In this document: in pieces, positions 40,949 through 46,922 of the stretch
How positions within the stretch are numbered: position 1 is the stretch's first letter
How the letters are laid out: every line of letters begins with the position of its first letter
Origin: an uncultured Vicinamibacteraceae bacterium
Lineage (GTDB): Bacteria; Acidobacteriota; Vicinamibacteria; Vicinamibacterales; UBA8438
Reading direction: 5' to 3'
Length of the DNA: 64,000 bases
NCBI GenBank assembly: GCA_964624855.1
Contig: CAZUZW010000007.1
Location: forward strand, 9,331 to 73,330
Program-made: the position numbers and the translations under genes
Notes under the pieces: generated by a model
The model's database searches: none
Seen by the model: only the letters and a program-made list of their open reading frames with translations
Told to the model about the DNA's origin: nothing

Positions 40949-41974
40949 TCAGTAGCTGAATCGGCCGGCGGCACTCCATCCATTTTCAGTTCCATCTCGA
41001 CCGCGCGTCCACTGCCCATCAACAAATAGTCCAGTAGTCAGTGCCATACTAAATCCAAACGCCACTACAGTTGCTGGATTCGTCCGAACGTCGTCTACGT
41101 TGACACGCGCACCACCCCGAACAGCCAGCCATGTACCAAACCGCTTCTCGGCACCAACAGCCATATTTCTACGGTCACCACCAAAAGCTGAAAGAGGACT
41201 TAAATCGACGTCTGCCGTCACTAACAATCCTCCGGCAGGACGAACCGCTAGACCTGTCCTAACCTGCCGGCCTAATCGAATAGCGGACTCACCAGGCACA
41301 CTGAAACGAGGATTTCGTAAGTTCCTAGCGACCAACCCAAGCTGAAACTTTGGCCCGCCAGTCTTCAACCCAACATCTAAGTCGTAATGATTTTGACTGT
41401 GTGTTCCTTGTCCTATCGTCTGACTTAGAGCTTGTGCGGTCGTAACATTAGACCCGAGTACATTGACTCCAATTGAGCTCCTGACATAGCGAACAGTAGA
41501 ACCGACACTGAACCCAGAGCCAAGAAATGTCGCACGAGTCAAAGCTAAGTTATGGATAACAAGGGAGCGAAGAGTTCTTTGTCGTGAGTCACGTTCTTCA
41601 CTGGTGCCAGAGCCAGTGCCATCAACCAATTGGTAAACCCCAAGCTGGTCGATGACCAACCGGTAATATGACAAAGCCGTTGTATTCGTTGACATGCCGA
41701 TGATCGTTCCAGCCCTAGTAGTTCCAGGTGAATCTACTCGGGACCGGTCGGTGAGAATTTCTGTAACAGAGTGATCAAACAAAAGACTGAACACTGATCC
41801 TGTGGACAGACCTGCGGGGTTCCAATAGGCAGCGGTCGCATCGTCAGCAACAGCAACAAAGGCACCAGCCAGCCCCAGTGCCCGAGTACCGAGCGATTCC
41901 CATTGCTGAGCTGCTACGGGAACCGTCAATATCGAGACAACTAAGAGAACAATGACAGCAAGTCGGGTTTGCAC
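40949..41974 (-). CDS. putative outer-membrane beta-barrel protein (FadL/PorV-like N-terminal signature)
   Basis: Signal peptide (VPVAAQQ). GTRALGLAGAFVAVADDATAAYWNPAGL motif, alternating beta-strand-like pattern and C-terminal aromatic residue (GRFSY). GTG start with no clear SD. Confidence 0.6.
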   Translation of the reverse strand: MQTRLAVIVLLVVSILTVPVAAQQWESLGTRALGLAGAFVAVADDATAAYWNPAGLSTGSVFSLLFDHSVTEILTDRSRVDSPGTTRAGTIIGMSTNTTALSYYRLVIDQLGVYQLVDGTGSGTSEERDSRQRTLRSLVIHNLALTRATFLGSGFSVGSTVRYVRSSIGVNVLGSNVTTAQALSQTIGQGTHSQNHYDLDVGLKTGGPKFQLGLVARNLRNPRFSVPGESAIRLGRQVRTGLAVRPAGGLLVTADVDLSPLSAFGGDRRNMAVGAEKRFGTWLAVRGGARVNVDDVRTNPATVVAFGFSMALTTGLFVDGQWTRGRDGTENGWSAAGRFSY

Positions 41975-41999
41975 TAGTCGTTTAAAAAAGAACGTAGGA

Positions 42000-42551
42000 C
42001 TAACCGACTATTACCGCTGCGGCAATTACAGTTGTCCATAGTCCTTTGTTACTACCTACCGCGGTCTGAGTCACATTTTGTGTGCGGACGATCTTATTGG
42101 ATAGCCGGTAGACTTCTCGCTTCTCGTCCCAACTCTTGTCAGGATCAAAGTCAAGTCCCAAAGTCGTCGCCAACATCTCAGCTGCCAAATCCTCTGCATA
42201 GTCGCCGGCGGTCTTCTCATTCTCGCCAAAACTGTGATGCTCCGATAAATAGCCAAACAGTTTCTTGTCACGAGGAATGGCAACGCCAACGGTGGCCGCA
42301 ATTAAACGGTGAGGCTCGCGGGTCGCAGTCTCAGACATGACGACGAACGTAACTTGACCTGGCTGCAATCGACGAACGCCCTCTGTCCTAGACAGAATCT
42401 TACAACCTGGCGGAAAGATGCTCGAAACACGCACCAAATTACACGCCGCGATGCCGGCCGCTCGCAACGCAAGTTCAAACGAAGTCAGCTTTTCACGATG
42501 CTGACCCACTCCTTTTGTGAAGAATAGTTCTGTAGGGACAAACCCAACCAC
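42000..42551 (-). CDS. pdaD: pyruvoyl-dependent arginine decarboxylase proenzyme
   Basis: 183 aa. FFTKGVGQHREKLTSFELALRAAGIAACNLVRVSSIFPPG carries the Ser-Ser self-cleavage site (Ser43/Ser44) typical of the PvlArgDC family. GTG start with GGAG 6 nt upstream. Confidence 0.88.
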   Translation of the reverse strand: MVGFVPTELFFTKGVGQHREKLTSFELALRAAGIAACNLVRVSSIFPPGCKILSRTEGVRRLQPGQVTFVVMSETATREPHRLIAATVGVAIPRDKKLFGYLSEHHSFGENEKTAGDYAEDLAAEMLATTLGLDFDPDKSWDEKREVYRLSNKIVRTQNVTQTAVGSNKGLWTTVIAAAVIVG

Positions 42552-42613
42552 GTTGCACTCCGGAAGTCACGAATTAAACAAACACACAGCATGCCGAAAA
42601 CAAAGCGGAACGC

Positions 42614-42642
42614 ATGCTATTCAACCAATCCAACCCTGTCAA
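42614..42642 (-). promoter_or_regulatory. sigma70-like promoter for pdaD
   Basis: On the - strand: TTGACA (42642-42637), 17-nt spacer, TAGCAT (42619-42614). The -10 box overlaps one arm of the inverted repeat AGCATGC/GCATGCT (42588-42594 and 42612-42618). Confidence 0.5.
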
Positions 42643-42732
42643 GAAAACTCGGTCTCCTCTGAGAAGTTCTCTATTGCTATCAGACATCTTCGCGAGTCCA
42701 TCCTGAGATCATCCGCAAATTAGATTAGCAAG

Positions 42733-42743
42733 TCACAGTTAAC
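42733..42743 (+). repeat. copy 1 of 11-nt direct repeat TCACAGTTAAC
   Basis: Exact 11-mer read directly from the sequence, in the pdaD / adaptor-gene divergent intergenic region. Confidence 0.5.
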
Positions 42744-42846
42744 TTAATACTAGTGAAGAACGTTACAATGCCATTATTTGGTCGTAATCCATGGCCTCTT
42801 TCGGCAAGACCATAAGAAACCGAAAAGAAACCCCTGCCTTTGTAAC

Positions 42847-42857
42847 TCACAGTTAAC
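42847..42857 (+). repeat. copy 2 of 11-nt direct repeat TCACAGTTAAC
   Basis: Exact second copy 114 nt downstream of copy 1. It is followed by the palindrome GGACAcTGTCC at 42876-42886. Confidence 0.5.
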
Positions 42858-42922
42858 ACTATCGTTACGTTGACCGGACACTGTCCATCAAAGGAGTGTA
42901 AAATTTATAGTGGAGATATTTT

Positions 42923-44308
42923 TTGAGTAAAACAGTGAAGACGTCAATTCTCGTGCTATTAATTACCGTCGCTGGCGGGGGTGTCTATCTCGGCTACCGT
43001 TACTTTTTGAGCCCTGAAATTCCTGAGGTGGATGCTGAACCGATATTACGAAGAAATCTGCAAGCTTTAGTATCCGCCTCAGGGACGATTCAACCTCAGT
43101 TAACCGTGGATATCAGTGCAAACGTCATGGGACGAGTGACTCAACTATCTGTCAATGAGGGAGACCGGGTAGTCGCTGGGCAGTTTCTTCTTCAGATTGA
43201 CCCTGAATCTTTACAGTCCGTCGTTGAACGCGGCGAAGCATCTCTGGAAGCATCTTCATCGGCACAAGAACAGGCCAAGGTCGCCGTTACCACAGCCCGG
43301 GTCAATCTCGAACTAGCCAAAGATAATCTTGAGCGGCAACGAGAACTATGGGACCTGCGACTGGTTTCTCGTGAAATCTTTGACCAAGCTGTCTCAGAAG
43401 TTCAGTTACGGGAAACGGAACTTGAAGCGCGAGCAGTGGATGTCTCGACCGCCGAGCAACGAGTTAATCAGGAACGAGCCACGCTGAATAGTGCGCGCTA
43501 CGATCTGTCAGAACTTACCCTAGTTTCGCCAATCGACGGCATCGTCACCCGCCGGAACATAGAAGAGGGCGAGACGGTTGTCGTCGGCACGATGAACAAC
43601 CCAGGAACCGTGTTGCTGACGATTGCTGACTTCGGGATCCTTGAAGCCGAACTAGAGGTAGACGAAACCGACATTCCGGATGTCCGACTCGGTCAGCAAA
43701 CGGAAATTGAGATCGATGCGTTGCCTAACCGACTATATCGAGGTAGGGTCACCGAAATCGGAAACAGCCCTATTCAGGACGGTACGCAGAATTCGTCACA
43801 AGCGACTAATTTTAAAGTAATTGTGACGCTCGACGAAGACGTCCCCGACGTTCGACCTGGTTTCACATGTACGGCAGACATAACCACAGCGGAGCGAACG
43901 GATGTCGTATCGGTGCCGATTCAAGCAACAACCGTGCGAGAAGTGACAGTCGACAGCCAGGGACAGATTGTACGTGCTACACCCAGTGATTCACCCAGCG
44001 GTGTCACTCCAACAGTCTCGGCTACCACACTTACGGGACCAATCGGTGTAACCCAAGAAATTGAAGGTGTGTTCGTATTTCGTGACGACACCGTCCAGTT
44101 CACTCCAGTCGTCACAGGAATCGCTGGCGAACGCTACTTTGAAACCCTAGCCGGTCTCCGTGAAGGTGACATGGTTGTCACCGGCCCCTTCAACGTCGTG
44201 CGCACTCTTGACGATGGCAGCGCAGTCCGACTGAGAGATGATGAATCAGGCCAGTCTGGTTTCTTCTTTGGCAGCAATGCTGGCAGCAGACTTGGTCGCG
44301 TTTTCTAG
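42923..44308 (+). CDS. HlyD/MacA-type periplasmic adaptor (membrane fusion protein)
   Basis: N-terminal TM, a lipoyl-like segment (GRVTQLSVNEGDRVVAGQFLLQID), a long coiled-coil hairpin, and beta-barrel and membrane-proximal domains. TTG start 7 nt after GGAGA. Confidence 0.85.
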   Translation: MSKTVKTSILVLLITVAGGGVYLGYRYFLSPEIPEVDAEPILRRNLQALVSASGTIQPQLTVDISANVMGRVTQLSVNEGDRVVAGQFLLQIDPESLQSVVERGEASLEASSSAQEQAKVAVTTARVNLELAKDNLERQRELWDLRLVSREIFDQAVSEVQLRETELEARAVDVSTAEQRVNQERATLNSARYDLSELTLVSPIDGIVTRRNIEEGETVVVGTMNNPGTVLLTIADFGILEAELEVDETDIPDVRLGQQTEIEIDALPNRLYRGRVTEIGNSPIQDGTQNSSQATNFKVIVTLDEDVPDVRPGFTCTADITTAERTDVVSVPIQATTVREVTVDSQGQIVRATPSDSPSGVTPTVSATTLTGPIGVTQEIEGVFVFRDDTVQFTPVVTGIAGERYFETLAGLREGDMVVTGPFNVVRTLDDGSAVRLRDDESGQSGFFFGSNAGSRLGRVF

Positions 44309-44317
44309 AATTAGAAA

Positions 44318-45547
44318 ATGGGCGCACGACTGATCGTGGAAATGATCCGGGTCGCGCTCGGTGCAATCTGGGCTAACAAGCTTCGTTCCTTCCTCACGAT
44401 TCTAGGAAACATCGTTGCTGTGGGATCAATCGTAACCTTGGTCTCCCTGATTCAAGGTATTACTGACGAAGTTACAGATATTATTCTCACGGAAGTCGGT
44501 GCCGATGCCTTTATTATCGAACGCGTTGGCATCGTTACAAGCGAAGAAGAGCGAGAACAAGCTCGTGGCAACCCACGAATCAACCTTGACGACTTTGAGG
44601 CGCTAGAACAATCGGATGGCGCATTTGCGGCAGTCATTGCCCATGGCACCCGAAGCGGAGAAGTCCGATTCGGTGAACATGCGCTGGAGAGTGTGCAAAT
44701 CAGAGGTGTCACGGAAGACTTCAACCGGTTTCCTGAGTTTGATGCCGAACAAGGACGACTACCGACACGTAGTGAGGTGAGAAACCGACGAAACGTCGCG
44801 CTCTTGGGTTGGGCCACTGCGGATCGATTATTTGAAAATGCGAACCCCTTAGAACGCACAATCACGGTCCAAGGTGTTCACTTTAGAGTGGTCGGCGTTA
44901 GTCAACAGAAAGGGTCAATGTTTGGGAGATCTCTCGACGAGTTTATCGTGATCCCATTAGGAGCCTACCAACGATTATTCGGGAGCCGGACCGGGCTGTC
45001 TTTGATGGTTCGACCAACGGACCCAAGCCAAATCGACCGTTCCATGGACGACGCCATTGTGGCACTCCGTATTGAGCGACGTCTTCGAACGAGAGAAGAC
45101 AACAACTTTGGAATCTTTACGTCCGACACGGCTCTAGACCTCTACAACCAGGCGACCACGGGTATTTTTGCCGTCTTGGTAGGAGTGGTTGGTCTCGCGC
45201 TGGTCGTGGCGGGCATCGTAATCATGAACATCATGTTGATGGCGGTTTCAGAACGTACCCGTGAGATCGGTCTTCGAAAAGCCCTGGGAGCACGTCGTGT
45301 GGACATCATGTGGCAAGTTCTGTCCGAATCTGTCGCACTCTCACTGCTTGGTGGCATCTTTGGTACAGCGCTTGGCGCAGGTGCTGCCACAATGATTGAC
45401 CGTTTAGCACCTGTGCCTGCGTCTGTGCATGTGTGGTCGATCATACTGGCAATCACTTTAACGGCCGTTGTTGGCCTCTTTTTTGGTATTTACCCCGCCT
45501 CAAAGGCGGCTGCCCTTGACCCAATCGACGCCTTAGGTCGCGCCTGA
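44318..45547 (+). CDS. MacB/FtsX-type ABC transporter permease (no fused ATPase)
   Basis: TM1 (LRSFLTILGNIVAVGSIV), a large periplasmic domain, and a C-terminal FtsX 3-TM module with SERTREIGLRKALGARR. Confidence 0.88.
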   Translation: MGARLIVEMIRVALGAIWANKLRSFLTILGNIVAVGSIVTLVSLIQGITDEVTDIILTEVGADAFIIERVGIVTSEEEREQARGNPRINLDDFEALEQSDGAFAAVIAHGTRSGEVRFGEHALESVQIRGVTEDFNRFPEFDAEQGRLPTRSEVRNRRNVALLGWATADRLFENANPLERTITVQGVHFRVVGVSQQKGSMFGRSLDEFIVIPLGAYQRLFGSRTGLSLMVRPTDPSQIDRSMDDAIVALRIERRLRTREDNNFGIFTSDTALDLYNQATTGIFAVLVGVVGLALVVAGIVIMNIMLMAVSERTREIGLRKALGARRVDIMWQVLSESVALSLLGGIFGTALGAGAATMIDRLAPVPASVHVWSIILAITLTAVVGLFFGIYPASKAAALDPIDALGRA

Positions 45548-45548
45548 C

Positions 45549-46841
45549 ATGCCCCGCACAATACAAAGCGGTTTATTTCGGGAGATCATCGCGATGTCCC
45601 TCGATACCATTCGAACTCAGAAGATGCGGTCGGGGTTAACTGTGCTCGGCGTAGTCATCGGTATCACATCAATTGTTGGAATGACGTCCATGATCCGAGG
45701 CTTTGACGAATCTCTACGTGAGACTATCTCCGCGGTGGGTCCAGACACGATCTTCCTTGCACAGTTTTCAGGTATTAGTCTTGCCGCAGGCGATGACCTT
45801 TCAGAATTGCTACGACGGCCCAGTCTCACACCGGATGATGCCGAAGCAATTGAACGCTTGGCCCCCACAATCGACAGTGTCGGTGTTGTCTTAGGCGAAG
45901 GCGGTCCACCCACCCAAGCTCGTTTGGTCTACGACGGAGAACGAACCAAGAGCCTGAATATCCTAGGATCGACTGAAAACTACGCCGATGTTAATAATCT
46001 CGATGTCGACATGGGCCGATTCTTCACCGAAGCTGAAGTAAGACAACGGCGCCGAGTAATCGTGATTGGACAAACTCCCCTTCAAGCATTGTTCTCAAAC
46101 ATTGACCCGATCGGCCGAACGGTGCGCGTCGATTCCCAACCCTATACGGTTATTGGTGTAATCGCACCCCGAGCCAGCCTCGGTGGTCTCAATGTCGGGC
46201 AGGATGACGTCGCGATCATTCCGCACACTTCATACCAGAAACAGTTTGGTATCCGTGTCACCCGAGCCCGTCGAGGCAGTCTTACGAGTATTCTTCTCGC
46301 CGTAGTGCCGAACGAAAACGTCGAACGGGATGACGCCATGCGTGATGTGGAAAGTATCATGCGTATTCGCCACGGACTACGTCTGGACGAACCCAACGAT
46401 TTCGATCTTATGACGCAGGACTCCATTCTCAGACTCTGGGACCAGATCAGCCAAGCAACCTATCTCGCCCTCGTGTCCATTTCTTCGATCGCGCTGATGG
46501 TAGGTGGAATTGGCGTTATGGCGATCATGACAATCTCCGTCAAAGAAAGGACGAGAGAGATCGGGACGCGCCGAGCACTCGGAGCAAGACGACGAGAAAT
46601 CCTCTGGCAATTCTTACTTGAAGCCGTGTTCTTAACTGCCGTTGGCGGCGTCCTTGGGGTCTTACTAGGCAGTGGCATAGGCGTAGCTGTGCATTTTGCA
46701 ACTGGCTTTCCATTGTCACTTCCATGGTGGTCCTTTGCGATCGGCATCGGTTTCTCGGCGTCAGTGGGTATAATTTTCGGACTTTTTCCGGCCGTTCGCG
46801 CCTCAGGCCTAGACCCGATTGACGCCCTTCGCTACGAATAG
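45549..46841 (+). CDS. MacB/FtsX-type ABC transporter permease, paralogue of the preceding gene
   Basis: Same architecture (MRSGLTVLGVVIGITSIV ... KERTREIGTRRALGARR). The start is 1 nt after the upstream stop. Confidence 0.88.
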   Translation: MPRTIQSGLFREIIAMSLDTIRTQKMRSGLTVLGVVIGITSIVGMTSMIRGFDESLRETISAVGPDTIFLAQFSGISLAAGDDLSELLRRPSLTPDDAEAIERLAPTIDSVGVVLGEGGPPTQARLVYDGERTKSLNILGSTENYADVNNLDVDMGRFFTEAEVRQRRRVIVIGQTPLQALFSNIDPIGRTVRVDSQPYTVIGVIAPRASLGGLNVGQDDVAIIPHTSYQKQFGIRVTRARRGSLTSILLAVVPNENVERDDAMRDVESIMRIRHGLRLDEPNDFDLMTQDSILRLWDQISQATYLALVSISSIALMVGGIGVMAIMTISVKERTREIGTRRALGARRREILWQFLLEAVFLTAVGGVLGVLLGSGIGVAVHFATGFPLSLPWWSFAIGIGFSASVGIIFGLFPAVRASGLDPIDALRYE

Positions 46842-46922
46842 TCGCCAAAGTGTGCACGGGACTTGAGTCAACCGTACCGGTCGACTACGATCACGATTCG
46901 CGTAGCTGAAGGGAGTCGATTC

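Noticed and set aside
40949-42551. Chlamydial aaxABC-like acid-resistance system (porin + pyruvoyl ArgDC + antiporter)
   Set aside because: Only the decarboxylase is clearly homologous. No arginine/agmatine antiporter gene is present, and the OMP shows a FadL/PorV-like signature rather than anything I can tie to AaxA. It is mentioned only as an analogy.
46863-46922. 20-codon N-terminal extension of the EF-G paralogue, and the idea that this P-loop protein substitutes for the missing ABC ATPase
   Set aside because: ATG 46923 has a good SD (GAAGGGAG) and gives the normal EF-G N-terminus. The protein is a complete five-domain translational GTPase with no ABC signature, so energising the permeases is not supported by anything in the sequence.
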